Shown in pieces: positions 21,742 to 31,993 of a DNA stretch of 64,000 bases (position 1 is its first letter; each line of letters starts with the position of its first letter). The notes beneath the pieces are model-generated. The model made no database searches. It had not been told where the DNA came from and saw only the letters and a program-made list of their open reading frames with translations. The translations under genes were made by a program, and so were the position numbers. The DNA lies in contig JAFUPA010000009.1 in the NCBI GenBank assembly GCA_017481575.1, positions 5,058-69,057 on the forward strand, read 5' to 3'. Source of the DNA: Clostridia bacterium (GTDB lineage Bacteria; Bacillota; Clostridia; Oscillospirales; Acutalibacteraceae).

Positions 21742-23684
21742 TATCTTATTCTTGCTCCTGCAGGCATACCGTCAACAAAGATAACCTTAACATCGTCTTC
21801 TGAACAGTCGGCGGCAAGAATCATACCGTTGCTTTCAACACCGCAAAGAACAGCAGGCTTAAGGTTAGCAACAACAATTACCTTTTTACCGATAAGATCT
21901 TCGGGTTTGTACCACTTTGCAATACCGCTTGCTACCGTTCTCGGTGTATCTGTTCCGTCATCAAGAGTGAGCTTAAGAAGCTTCTTTGCACGCTTGATAG
22001 GCTCGCAATCCTTAATTTCTGCAACTCTTAATTCTACCTTTGCAAAATCCTCAATTCCGATTTGTGCAAGTCCGACGATTTCAGGCTTTTCTTCCTTTTT
22101 TTCTGCTTTTTCCTGTGCCTTTCTCTTTGCTTCGATTTTCTCAAACATCTCGTTTGCATCAATTCTGCCAAAGAGCGGAGTTGCAGTGCCTACCTTTGAA
22201 CCAACCTTAAGACCGCCGAAGTTTTCAAGGCTTTCGTAAGAAGTTACATCTGTGTTAAGCTGTTCGAAAATCTTCTGTGCAGTTTCGGGCATAAAGGGGG
22301 AGAGGAGGACAGCTGTGAAACGGATACCCTCAAGAAGATTGTAAAGAACAGTACCGAGTCTTGCCTTCTTTTCCTCGTCCTTTGCAAGTGCCCACGGCAT
22401 TGTTTCGTCAATGTACTTGTTACAACGCTTGGCGAGTGCGAAGATTGCTTCGAGTGTATCACTTACACGGTATTCTGCAAAAAGCTTGTCAACCTTTGCA
22501 ACTGTATCAACAGCGAGAGTCTTAAGCTCATTATCAATATCTTCCGCTACATCACCGGACATAACTTCACCGTTAAAGTATTTGTTGGTCATAGCTACAG
22601 TACGGTTAACAAGGTTGCCGAGTGTGTTTGCAAGGTCAGAATTGTAACGCTCGATAATTGTCTCGTAAGTAATTGAACCGTCAGAAGTGTACGGCATTTC
22701 GGAAAGAAGATAGTATCTTACTGCATCAACTCCGAAAAGCTCAACAAGGTCGTCAGCGTAAATAACATTACCTCTTGACTTTGACATCTTGTCTGTTCCG
22801 AAAAGGAGCCAGGGGTGACCGAACACCTGCTTTGGGAGAGGTATGTCGAGAGCCATAAGCATAATCGGCCAGTAGATTGTGTGGAAACGAAGAATGTCCT
22901 TTCCGATGATATGAACATCGGCGGGCCAATATTTGTTATATGTTTCGCTGTTTTCTTCACTGTTATAGCCAAGACCTGTGATGTAGTTAAGAAGTGCATC
23001 TACCCAAACATAGATAACGTGCTTTTCATCGTCGGGGAAGGGGATACCCCATTTGAATGTCGAACGTGAAATGCAAAGATCCTGAAGGCCGGGCTTGATG
23101 AAATTGTTAATCATTTCCTTTTTACGACTTTCGGGATAAATGAAGTTGGGGTTGGATTCAATATATTCTTCAAGCTGCTTCTGATATTTACTCATTCTGA
23201 AGAAATAAGCCTCTTCCTTTGCAGGTTTAACTTCTCGACCACAGTCCGGGCATTTGCCGTCAACAAGCTGAGATTCGGTCCAGAAGGATTCACAAGGTGT
23301 ACAATAAAGACCCTCGTATTCACTCTTGTAAACATCACCTTTGTCAATAAGCTTTTTGAAAATTTTCTGAACAGCTTCTTCGTGCTCTTTGTCGGTAGTG
23401 CGTATAAACTTGTCATAAGTAGTGTTAAGAAGGTCGCAGATATCCTTAATTTCGCCTGCTACCTTGTCAACGTGCTCCTTTGGAGTAATGCCTGCAGCCT
23501 TTGCAATTTCTTCAATTTTCTGACCGTGCTCGTCAGTACCTGTCTGGAAAAAGACATCATAGCCCTGCATACGCTTGTAGCGTGCAAGTGCATCGGTCAT
23601 AACTATTTCATAAGAATTGCCGATATGCGGCTTACGGGATGTGTAAGCAATCGCAGTAGTTATATAATATTTTCCTTTATTCAT
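21741..23684 (-). CDS. metG: Methionine--tRNA ligase (with C-terminal tRNA-binding domain)
   Basis: HIGN and KMSKS motifs, CxxC zinc knuckles and an EMAP/Trbp111-like C-terminus. Confidence 0.96.
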   Translation of the reverse strand: MNKGKYYITTAIAYTSRKPHIGNSYEIVMTDALARYKRMQGYDVFFQTGTDEHGQKIEEIAKAAGITPKEHVDKVAGEIKDICDLLNTTYDKFIRTTDKEHEEAVQKIFKKLIDKGDVYKSEYEGLYCTPCESFWTESQLVDGKCPDCGREVKPAKEEAYFFRMSKYQKQLEEYIESNPNFIYPESRKKEMINNFIKPGLQDLCISRSTFKWGIPFPDDEKHVIYVWVDALLNYITGLGYNSEENSETYNKYWPADVHIIGKDILRFHTIYWPIMLMALDIPLPKQVFGHPWLLFGTDKMSKSRGNVIYADDLVELFGVDAVRYYLLSEMPYTSDGSITYETIIERYNSDLANTLGNLVNRTVAMTNKYFNGEVMSGDVAEDIDNELKTLAVDTVAKVDKLFAEYRVSDTLEAIFALAKRCNKYIDETMPWALAKDEEKKARLGTVLYNLLEGIRFTAVLLSPFMPETAQKIFEQLNTDVTSYESLENFGGLKVGSKVGTATPLFGRIDANEMFEKIEAKRKAQEKAEKKEEKPEIVGLAQIGIEDFAKVELRVAEIKDCEPIKRAKKLLKLTLDDGTDTPRTVASGIAKWYKPEDLIGKKVIVVANLKPAVLCGVESNGMILAADCSEDDVKVIFVDGMPAGARIR

Positions 23685-23714
23685 GGAAATCCCTCCTGAT
23701 TTGCATATAGAATT

Positions 23715-23742
23715 ATTATACCATTATTACCGAATTTATCAA
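23715..23742 (-). promoter_or_regulatory. Sigma-A-type promoter of metG (extended -10)
   Basis: On the minus strand, TTGATA-16 nt-TGgTATAAT. Confidence 0.6.
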
Positions 23743-23814
23743 GTGCAAAACAATATTTCCTTGACCGTATTTTTTAATTATGATACTATTTTTACACTAA
23801 AAGGAGTTGAGGCT

Positions 23815-26013
23815 ATGATTTTCCGTGATAATATTGTTTGGGATGAATTTATCAGCAGGCACGACCTTATCTGGGACATTGCTCCGACGGATTGGTATGA
23901 AGCGCCATTTCTCGGAAACGGTTTTTTTGGTGCAACAGTTTTCTTTGCCAAGGATTTGAAAAAACTTTATATAAATCTTGGACACACCTGTGTCTACGAT
24001 AACAGAGAAATCACAGAGCTTGACGAAACGCTTATCAAAAAGCCGAGACTTCCGCTTGGAAAAGTCTGCATTTCTTTCGGTGGTAAAATATTAAGAGTTA
24101 AACTTCGCCTTGAGCTTTATAATGCGTGTCTTCGTGGCGAAATTTTTACCAATAAGGGTCGGATTAAATTTAACTGCTTGGTATTTAATGATGCCGATTG
24201 TTTCTTTCTTGAATACAACGAGTTAGGTGAGGAAAGTATAAGCTTTTCTTATGAGCCGTCACACGGTATGAGCCCCAGGTACTACAGGAAACTTAAATAC
24301 GGTGATGAACTTCCCAAAAATTATGAAAGTCCGAAATCTCCGTATAATGAGCAAAATGACGGTGCAGATGTTTTTGTTCAGCCTTATTTTAACGGAGGCG
24401 GTTTCGCTGTTGCACATCTTGAATATGAGAACCGATTTTTTGTAGGAGCCGTGTATTCTGAAAATGAAAACGAGCTTACGGCAAGTGCGGCGGGACTTGT
24501 AAAAAACTGCTTGTCTGATGCAAAAAATCTTTTAAAATCTCACCTCGATTGGTGGAGCGGTTTTTACCAAAAGAGTTTTGTTTCAATAAATAATGGAATT
24601 TATGAGGGTTTCTTATACATTCAGCTTTATAAACTTGCGTCTGCTTCACGTGAGAACGGTCGTCCGTTTGACACAAGTGGTCCGTGGCTTACCGATAACA
24701 CGGGGTGGCCCGGTACATGGTGGAACTTAAATGTTCAGCTTTCTGTTTCGCCACTGTACATTTCAAATCACATTGATATAGCACATTGCATCAATAACAC
24801 ACTTTTTAAGCATAAAGCGGATTTATACAATAATGTCCCAAAACAATACCGTTCGGACTGTGCCGCTATGGGCAGATGCACAACGTCAACCCTTTATTCT
24901 CCCGTGGCAGAACCGGGTAATACCGATATGCCAAACGGAATGCGAGAGGCAGGAAATTTAATCTGGACTCTTTTTTACTGCTGGCAAGAGTATAAAATGA
25001 CCTGCGATAAAACTGTTATAACCGACTTGGTTTATCCCTTGCTTAAAAGAGCGGTAAAGTATTATCTGTACTTTTGGTATCGGGACGAAGACGGCAAGCT
25101 TCATATACCGGCTACAGTATCACCGGAATATCCCGATACTGATTCGCCTGATACTAATTACGACCTTGCTTTGCTACGCTGGGGATGCACGACACTCATT
25201 GAACTTTGCGAAGAGTTTAATTTTGAAGATGCAACCGTGGAGGACTGGAAATTTGTTCTTGAAAATCTTACGGATTATCCGCAGACAAAAGAGGAGGGCT
25301 TGCTGATTGCGGCAAACACTCACTATGCACGTTCGCACAGACATTACTCTCATATTTTAGCTTTCTATCCGCTCCATATCCTTGACCCGAACACCGGTGA
25401 AGAAAGAAACCTTATCGAAACAACGATAAACTTTTGGCAGAGTAAATCAAAAGCTTTGCAGGGCTATTCGCAATCAGGTGCAGCTTCAATGTATGCAATG
25501 TTAGGTAATGGTGACAAAGCCTTAAGCCATTTACAAAAGCTTTGGAGAGGCTTTATTCAGCCGAACACAATGTACAAAGAGGGTGGAAACCCTGTTCTTG
25601 AAACACCGCCGTCAGCGGCTACGGCAATCCTTGAAATGCTTGTACAAAGCCACGAGGGTTATATAAATATTTTTCCTGCAGTACCCGGCGAATGGAAAGA
25701 TATATGCTTTGACGGTTTGCTTTGTTACGGCGGATTTGAAGTTGGTGCAAAGCTTGCTGACGGAAAACTTGAATGGATAAAGATAAAAAGCCTTTGCGGC
25801 AATAAATGCACCGTTAAAGCAAGCTTTTCAACAGAAAATCTTTATTGTGATTCTGATTACGAAAGAACAGACGATAATAAATATATTTTCAATATAAAAA
25901 AAGGTCAGACTGTTATCTTTTCGGCACACGATACTGTGATTAAAGAGCCTGTGAAGATTAAGCAAAAGACTATGAATTGCTATGGTCTTAACAAAAGAAA
26001 CAAATCAATTTAA
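23815..26013 (+). CDS. Six-hairpin glycosidase-like protein (GH95-related)
   Basis: 732 aa from ATG 23815 (RBS AAGGAG). The N-terminal WYEAPFLGNGFFGATVF resembles the GH95 N-domain motif, and WWNLNVQLSVSPLY resembles the catalytic-domain motif. Family call is tentative. Confidence 0.5.
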   Translation: MIFRDNIVWDEFISRHDLIWDIAPTDWYEAPFLGNGFFGATVFFAKDLKKLYINLGHTCVYDNREITELDETLIKKPRLPLGKVCISFGGKILRVKLRLELYNACLRGEIFTNKGRIKFNCLVFNDADCFFLEYNELGEESISFSYEPSHGMSPRYYRKLKYGDELPKNYESPKSPYNEQNDGADVFVQPYFNGGGFAVAHLEYENRFFVGAVYSENENELTASAAGLVKNCLSDAKNLLKSHLDWWSGFYQKSFVSINNGIYEGFLYIQLYKLASASRENGRPFDTSGPWLTDNTGWPGTWWNLNVQLSVSPLYISNHIDIAHCINNTLFKHKADLYNNVPKQYRSDCAAMGRCTTSTLYSPVAEPGNTDMPNGMREAGNLIWTLFYCWQEYKMTCDKTVITDLVYPLLKRAVKYYLYFWYRDEDGKLHIPATVSPEYPDTDSPDTNYDLALLRWGCTTLIELCEEFNFEDATVEDWKFVLENLTDYPQTKEEGLLIAANTHYARSHRHYSHILAFYPLHILDPNTGEERNLIETTINFWQSKSKALQGYSQSGAASMYAMLGNGDKALSHLQKLWRGFIQPNTMYKEGGNPVLETPPSAATAILEMLVQSHEGYINIFPAVPGEWKDICFDGLLCYGGFEVGAKLADGKLEWIKIKSLCGNKCTVKASFSTENLYCDSDYERTDDNKYIFNIKKGQTVIFSAHDTVIKEPVKIKQKTMNCYGLNKRNKSI

Positions 26014-26019
26014 ACTGAA

Positions 26020-26046
26020 ACAGTCGCCCAAAGCGGCTGTTTTTCT
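26020..26046 (+). terminator. Intrinsic terminator
   Basis: ACAGTCGC-ccaaa-GCGGCTGT followed by TTTTCTT. Confidence 0.6.
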
Positions 26047-26106
26047 TGAATAATCAAATAAGATATGATACAATTAGCAAAATAAAACCCGAAAGGTCGT
26101 TTTAAA

Positions 26107-27156
26107 ATGCCGAATGTTAGTGTAATATTACCTACGGTTTCCGATAAATCAAAATTTGCAAGGTTTTGCACTTCACTTTTTTCGAGTTCTCTTGATATCG
26201 AGCTTCTTGTTTGCTGTGATGCAGATAGCGAGTTTTTAACGCAGGTTTCCGAAGAATATGCTGAAAAAATCAAGATTTTCACCATAGCGGATAAACTCTC
26301 TGCGCTCACAAAGGCTATTGAAGCCGCACAGGGTAAGTTTCTCATTCTGTCGGATGTCAGCGTAACCTTTGCTGACAATGCTTTTGAAAAACTGATAGTC
26401 GCATCGGCAGGCAATTCATCTGCGTGTAATGTCGGCGAAGTGAAAACGGGTACTTGCAAAAAAGCTTTTTCACAAGGGTTTGTTTTTGATGAGCTTTCAG
26501 CAAAGCCGTATTATTTTAACCACTTGCTCTCTGTCGACGTAATCAAAAACAACTCACTTGCTCCCTGCGGTGCAGATGAGCTTTCAATTATGCTCTTTAT
26601 TGCTGATTATTACCGATACGAAACCTGCAATACGGTTGATGAGGTTTGGCTTTATACAGATACTGAATTTGAGTATAAATTTTCCGCCGCAAGTGCTTTT
26701 ATGCCCGAATATGCAAGCGTTTTTAAAGCTACTCAAAATGAGCGTGCGACATTATTTTTCTTAAGAGCCGTTTTTACAGCACTTCTTAACAATCTTCAAA
26801 ATGAATCGTTTAATGTGTTAAAGTCCGTTGCAAGCCTTTTCTCGGAAGATTATGAGTTGATCTCGTGGGCTAAATCAACCTTTGGTGTTGATATCTTGAT
26901 GCTTTGCGACCAGAACACTCGATTTGAAGATTTTAAATATAACGGAACTAACGTCTTTTATAAAGAAGTAACCCTGCCTGTTACCCCGGAGAGTGTAATC
27001 AAAAACTTCTATTTCGGTAAGTTTGGAATTGATGTTCTCAAAAAATGCATCGGTGCGTGGGGATATTACAAGTTTTACCGAATGAAAGACGGCACTGTCA
27101 AAAAGTACGGCTGTAAGCTTTTCTCAAAGCTTCTCGGAGGTGACTTCGATGCCTGA
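26107..27156 (+). CDS. GT2-like protein with degenerate catalytic motifs
   Basis: The N-terminus VSVILPT...ELLVCCDADSE resembles a GT-A fold. The DxD position reads LSDVSV. Confidence 0.45.
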   Translation: MPNVSVILPTVSDKSKFARFCTSLFSSSLDIELLVCCDADSEFLTQVSEEYAEKIKIFTIADKLSALTKAIEAAQGKFLILSDVSVTFADNAFEKLIVASAGNSSACNVGEVKTGTCKKAFSQGFVFDELSAKPYYFNHLLSVDVIKNNSLAPCGADELSIMLFIADYYRYETCNTVDEVWLYTDTEFEYKFSAASAFMPEYASVFKATQNERATLFFLRAVFTALLNNLQNESFNVLKSVASLFSEDYELISWAKSTFGVDILMLCDQNTRFEDFKYNGTNVFYKEVTLPVTPESVIKNFYFGKFGIDVLKKCIGAWGYYKFYRMKDGTVKKYGCKLFSKLLGGDFDA

Positions 27157-28408
27157 TTTTAAATATCGGGTCAGTATAATTGTTCCTGTATACAATGCTG
27201 AAGAGTATATACGTTCTTGTATAAACTCTCTTTTAGCACAGACAATTGATTTCTCTCAAATGCAGATTCTTCTCATAAACGACGGCTCAAAGGACTCAAG
27301 CGAAGAGATCTGTAAAGAATATGCAGAGAAGTACAGCAATGTTTTTTTGTATACCAAAGAGAATGAGGGCGCATCGCAGGCAAGAAACTTCGGTATAAAA
27401 AAAGCAGAGGGTAAGTACATTTTTTACCTTGATTCAGATGATTCTGTCAAACCCGAAACAGTCAAATCAGTGTGCGACTTCTTTGATTCTGTTTATGACG
27501 AGGTTGACCTTGTAACATACAAAATAATTCAATATTATCAAGGCAAGCCGTCAATCGTTCATTACCGTTATATGACTCTTAACAAAACGGGTGTGTACGA
27601 TTTGAACTTGCCCCAAAACAGATTTATTACACAGACTCATATGAATATCTGTGTTAAAAACCTTAAAGAGAATAATGTCTTTTTCGACACAATTAAGCAC
27701 GAGGACGAGAAGTATTGCTGTCAGATTTTGCGTGATAAAATGAAAATCGGCTACTGTGCAAAGGGTGAGTATATCTATAACCGAAACAATATCAACAGCG
27801 TTGTTTCAACGCAGTTTTCCCCCGAACTGATTTTCGGTACTTCAATGAAGCTCTATGAGGATTTATTTGTACCTTACCCGGGCAAAGTCCCACCGTATTT
27901 TCAGGGTATTGTTTTCAATGATTTCCGCTGGAAGCTTATGGACGGTAAATTCCTCCCGAAGCATCTTGAGGGTGAGGAGTGGATAAAGGCCAACCGCCGC
28001 ATTGATGCTTTGCTTCGACGGATGGATGCCGATACAATCATTCTGCACCCGTCATTGAGCGTTACGGATATGCACTATTGGCTCAAAAGAAGAGGCGGTT
28101 GCACGGTAATAAATAACCCATCAGAAGTTTTGGTATGCTGTGAGGGTAAAGTGATTTTTACCGAAAGCAAATTTAAAGCAAGCAAAAACGGCAACGAAAT
28201 TACAATAAAGTCGCCCGTATTCAATCATCTTAAGAAAAATCAGGTTGCGTTCAAAGTAAACGGTAAGCCTGCTGAATTCTCTTTTGCTGTTGATTATACG
28301 GATAAAAATACCTGCGAACCGAAATCGTTTTATCCGTCACTCTTTGTTGCGGACGAAAACGCAAGAATTACAGTTTTAATAAATTCAATCGAATATGATG
28401 TAAAATAA
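27149..28408 (+). CDS. Family 2 glycosyltransferase with about 200-aa C-terminal extension
   Basis: VSIIVPVYNAEEYI...INDGSKDSS...YLDSDD motifs. ATG 27149 (8 nt after GGAGG) overlaps the upstream stop. Confidence 0.8.
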   Translation: MPDFKYRVSIIVPVYNAEEYIRSCINSLLAQTIDFSQMQILLINDGSKDSSEEICKEYAEKYSNVFLYTKENEGASQARNFGIKKAEGKYIFYLDSDDSVKPETVKSVCDFFDSVYDEVDLVTYKIIQYYQGKPSIVHYRYMTLNKTGVYDLNLPQNRFITQTHMNICVKNLKENNVFFDTIKHEDEKYCCQILRDKMKIGYCAKGEYIYNRNNINSVVSTQFSPELIFGTSMKLYEDLFVPYPGKVPPYFQGIVFNDFRWKLMDGKFLPKHLEGEEWIKANRRIDALLRRMDADTIILHPSLSVTDMHYWLKRRGGCTVINNPSEVLVCCEGKVIFTESKFKASKNGNEITIKSPVFNHLKKNQVAFKVNGKPAEFSFAVDYTDKNTCEPKSFYPSLFVADENARITVLINSIEYDVK

Positions 28409-28422
28409 CAGGAGAACTAAAA

Positions 28423-29145
28423 ATGTCAAGAGAAAAAGCAGTAATTGAAATGGAACTTTATATTGTCCGTCACGGACAGTCCTGCACTAATGTTAAGGGC
28501 GGCTACGGCATACCCGAAGAGGAGCTAACAAAAGACCAATGGATAAATCCTCCGCTTACCGAGCTCGGCAAGCATCAGGCAGAGCTGCTCGGTCAGTATT
28601 ATAAGGACGAAAAGTTTGATGCGGTATACGCAAGTCCCTTACGCCGTGCCACAATGACCGCATACTATGCAATTCAGGAAAACGAGTGCTCCGAAAAGTA
28701 CGTTTACACCTTGCCGTTACTGATTGAGTGTGGCATTGAAGAGGGATATTCAGCCGTTACACTTGACGAGCTTAATTTGGAATTCGACGGCAAAATCCTC
28801 GCTCCGGATGGTATTGACGTCAGCGGCAATCTCGTGAACGGAGACGGTGATAACGATGCTTCACACCGTGAACGTGCCAAGAATGCCATTTCTTACTTAA
28901 GAGGTCAATATACAAACGGTGAAAAGGTAATGGTTGTTGCTCACGCCGCATTCAACACAGACCTTTTTCTGCACGCTATACGTGCGGAAGATACCCGACT
29001 TTTTGACCCTGCATTTAAAAACACAAGCGTGTCAAAAATTATCTTCTACAAAGAAGGCACAGGCCCATATGGTTACGACATAGAGCTTTGTTATTCCAAC
29101 AGTACAGCACACCTTGCAGTAGATAAAAAATTACGGTCGATTTAA
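28423..29145 (+). CDS. Histidine phosphatase (phosphoglycerate-mutase-like) family protein
   Basis: RHGQS catalytic motif and a downstream histidine context (VVAHAA). Confidence 0.8.
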   Translation: MSREKAVIEMELYIVRHGQSCTNVKGGYGIPEEELTKDQWINPPLTELGKHQAELLGQYYKDEKFDAVYASPLRRATMTAYYAIQENECSEKYVYTLPLLIECGIEEGYSAVTLDELNLEFDGKILAPDGIDVSGNLVNGDGDNDASHRERAKNAISYLRGQYTNGEKVMVVAHAAFNTDLFLHAIRAEDTRLFDPAFKNTSVSKIIFYKEGTGPYGYDIELCYSNSTAHLAVDKKLRSI

Positions 29146-29163
29146 TTCGACCGTAATTTTTTA
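29127..29163. terminator. Bidirectional terminator
   Basis: ATTACGGTCGA-tttaat-TCGACCGTAAT flanked by A-runs and T-runs. Confidence 0.75.
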
Positions 29164-29649
29164 TCTTCTTTTGTATTCACACCATCTGAATGTGTAACCG
29201 TTACACTCTTTTTCACCCGAATCATCTGCAAGCACCCATTCATTTTCATCAAGTGCAGGGAACTTTTTGTCCGCTTCATTTGCAACTGCATCAATGTGGG
29301 TGATTATTGCTGTATCGCACAGCGGTAAAAGCAAGGTGTAAACTGATTCACCACCGATAACATAAACATCGTTTGTGTTATATTTTTTAATTTCTTCTTT
29401 GAGTTCGTCAACGTCCTTGACAAAGGTTGCACCCTCAACTTCAAGGTCGGTGTTTCTTGAAAGCACGATGTTAACTCTGTTCTTTAACGGTTTTGAATTC
29501 GGGAAGGATTCAAGTGTCTTTCTTCCCATAACGACAACTTTTTCAACCGTTTGTGAACGGAAAAATTTAAGGTCATCAGGAATGTAAAATAAAAGGTCGC
29601 CCTTGTTACCGATATTCCACTCTTTATCAACTGCAACAATTAACTTCAT
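29161..29649 (-). CDS. folA: Dihydrofolate reductase
   Basis: 162 aa with motifs IGNKGDLLFYIPDDLKFF and VVMGRKTLES. Adjacent to thyA. Confidence 0.92.
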   Translation of the reverse strand: MKLIVAVDKEWNIGNKGDLLFYIPDDLKFFRSQTVEKVVVMGRKTLESFPNSKPLKNRVNIVLSRNTDLEVEGATFVKDVDELKEEIKKYNTNDVYVIGGESVYTLLLPLCDTAIITHIDAVANEADKKFPALDENEWVLADDSGEKECNGYTFRWCEYKRR

Positions 29650-29658
29650 TGTTTTACC

Positions 29659-30504
29659 TCACACAGCAATGGGAATATTTTTAATCTGCGGATGTGTCTC
29701 ATATCCGTCAAGTCTGACATCATCAACAGTAAAATCGTAAAAGTTTTTAATTTCGGGATTTATCCAGAAGGTCGGAGCGGGGAGAGGCTCACGCTTGATA
29801 AGCTCTTCAATAACGGGAATGTGTCTGTCATAGATGTGAGCATCAGCAATAACGTGAACAAGCTCACCGATTTCCATATCACATACCTGTGCAAGCATAT
29901 GAAGAAGCACGCTGTACTGAACAACATTCCAATTGTTTGCGGCAAGTACGTCCTGGCTTCTCTGGTTGAGTATTCCGTTGAGCACAAGCTTTCCGTTTTC
30001 GCCCTGTGTAACGTTAAAAGTCATACTGTAAGCACACGGATAAAGCCCCATTTCGCTAAGATCATGGTGGTTATAGATGTTTGTCATAATTCTGCGACTG
30101 AACGGATTGTTCTTGAGGTCATAGATAACTCTGTCAACCTGGTCAAACATTCCTTCCTTGTACTTGTGTTTAACACCGAGCTGGTAGCCGTATGCCTTGC
30201 CGATACTTCCGTCTTCATCTGCCCATGAATCCCAGATGTGAGAGTTTAAATCATTGATGTTATTGGACTTCTTCTGCCAAATCCAGAGAATTTCGTCTAC
30301 GCAGGATTTGAACGCAGTACGGCGAAGTGTAAGAGCGGGAAATTCCTTTTTAAGGTCATATCTGTTTACAACACAAAAAAGCTTCTGTGTATATGCAGGA
30401 GTACCGTCCTCCCATACAGGACGTACCTTTTCACCCTTTGTGTCAGTTCCGTTTTCAAGAATGTTTTTACACATATCAATAAACAATTTATCAGCGTAGC
30501 TCAT
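29659..30504 (-). CDS. thyA: Thymidylate synthase (ThyA type)
   Basis: Motifs LYPCAYSMTF and NQRSQD(V) typical of ThyA. Confidence 0.93.
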   Translation of the reverse strand: MSYADKLFIDMCKNILENGTDTKGEKVRPVWEDGTPAYTQKLFCVVNRYDLKKEFPALTLRRTAFKSCVDEILWIWQKKSNNINDLNSHIWDSWADEDGSIGKAYGYQLGVKHKYKEGMFDQVDRVIYDLKNNPFSRRIMTNIYNHHDLSEMGLYPCAYSMTFNVTQGENGKLVLNGILNQRSQDVLAANNWNVVQYSVLLHMLAQVCDMEIGELVHVIADAHIYDRHIPVIEELIKREPLPAPTFWINPEIKNFYDFTVDDVRLDGYETHPQIKNIPIAV

Positions 30505-30507
30505 TTT

Positions 30508-31374
30508 TTACTCTCCTTTAATTGTTATTAAGCATATTTCCGGTCTGTTGTTAAAACGAAGCGGCAGGGGATAGTTGCCAAGCCCCGAGGTAACAAACAG
30601 ACTTGTTTTTTCAAATTCATAAAGCCCCTTGTCTGTAAGGATACCCTTGTAAGTGATTTTCGGAAGAAGATATCCGTTGAAATAAAGCCCGTCGAGAAAA
30701 GGAAGACGTATCATACCTCCGTGCGTGTCGCCGCAAAAGATAAGGTCAAATCCGAAATCACCGTAATGCTCTATAGACGGAATGTGCGAAAGCAAAATGT
30801 TGAGTTTATCTTCGTCGGGCACTTCAAATTCATTCGACAGGTCAAAGGTCGAGGAAAAATAAACGTTATCAATTCCGTAAATGCAAAGTTCGTTTGAATT
30901 AACGGTAATATCTTCCTTGACATAATCAAGAAGAGTTACATTTTCAATTTTTCGCAATTCGTTTTTATAGGATTCATCATAGTCGTGGTCACCTGTAACT
31001 ATAAAAACCTGTGTGATTTCAGCGAGTGCTTCCAAAAATTCAACCGACTCACCGATTTTATCCGTTTGTCCTCTTGAATACATATCCCCGAGGAAGAATA
31101 TAAGGTCAGGGGATAACTCTTCAATTCCGTTAACTATCTTCTTGTTATCCTTACCGAATTTATAAGCGTGCAGGTCGGATATTACCGCAATTTTAATTTC
31201 ACCGTCAACCTTTGAGGAGCTGATTGTTTCATAAACGGTTTTTACGGTAAAGTTATTATAATACCATACAGGCAGCATAATTATTACTGCGGCAATCAGT
31301 AAAGCAATCAATCTTTTTATTTTAGTTTTCAATATTTTCCGCTTCCCTAAATGATTTATAACATTATATATCAT
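30508..31374 (-). CDS. Membrane-anchored metallophosphoesterase
   Basis: N-terminal TM helix, then SDLH, GDMYS, GDHD and CGDTHGG motifs. Confidence 0.8.
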   Translation of the reverse strand: MIYNVINHLGKRKILKTKIKRLIALLIAAVIIMLPVWYYNNFTVKTVYETISSSKVDGEIKIAVISDLHAYKFGKDNKKIVNGIEELSPDLIFFLGDMYSRGQTDKIGESVEFLEALAEITQVFIVTGDHDYDESYKNELRKIENVTLLDYVKEDITVNSNELCIYGIDNVYFSSTFDLSNEFEVPDEDKLNILLSHIPSIEHYGDFGFDLIFCGDTHGGMIRLPFLDGLYFNGYLLPKITYKGILTDKGLYEFEKTSLFVTSGLGNYPLPLRFNNRPEICLITIKGE

Positions 31375-31399
31375 TTCTAAGCAAAAAACAATAAGCAGT

Positions 31400-31654
31400 T
31401 TATATTAAAAAAGTATCAAGCAAAACAAGCGTTATTGTTGAGGGTATACCGAAAACTGACACACACACGAGAGTGTACCAATTAACTGCTACGGTAACAC
31501 CCGTAAGCATTCCCAAAACATTAACCGCCATCATTGAAGCAATACCTTGAAAAACAGATGTGACTATGCTTTTGAAAAAATGCCTGCTTTTAATCATCGA
31601 AAAAATTACGGCAAGTCCCGCCAGAGCCAAAACAACAATTATCGCAATTTTCAT
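31400..31654 (-). CDS. bofA: Pro-sigma-K processing inhibitor BofA
   Basis: 84-aa two-to-three-TM protein with a BofA-like sequence. Conserved position directly after the yaaL-like gene, as in Bacillus subtilis. Confidence 0.75.
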   Translation of the reverse strand: MKIAIIVVLALAGLAVIFSMIKSRHFFKSIVTSVFQGIASMMAVNVLGMLTGVTVAVNWYTLVCVSVFGIPSTITLVLLDTFLI

Positions 31655-31902
31655 ATAATCACACCGCCAAGATAATCAATACTCGCAACCTTGCCGAGCT
31701 TTGCTTCTTTTATAAGAAAGCTGTAATGCAGTTCAAGCTCCTTCATTCTGTAAATCAGAGACTCAATTTCATACGGGTCTGTTACCTCATTAAATAACAT
31801 TCGTGTCTTTTTCATTTCATTTATAACACGCTTTGTTTCATTGGTTATCATCTTATCCTCTTTTTGCACAGCGTTTTTGTCTGCAAATAAATCTATTACC
31901 AT
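31651..31902 (-). CDS. YaaL-like (DUF2508) protein
   Basis: ATG 7 nt after GGAGGG. ATGA overlap with bofA. Helical 83-aa protein. Confidence 0.6.
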   Translation of the reverse strand: MVIDLFADKNAVQKEDKMITNETKRVINEMKKTRMLFNEVTDPYEIESLIYRMKELELHYSFLIKEAKLGKVASIDYLGGVII

Positions 31903-31936
31903 CACTTGTCCCTCCAACAGTTATGGTAAATAAATA

Positions 31937-31965
31937 TTGCTAAATTAAAGAAATTATGATAGTAT
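31937..31965 (+). promoter_or_regulatory. Sigma-A-type promoter (extended -10)
   Basis: TTGCTA-17 nt-TGaTAGTAT. Confidence 0.5.
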
Positions 31966-31993
31966 TGATTTATATATTTCGGAGGTGAAAGTA

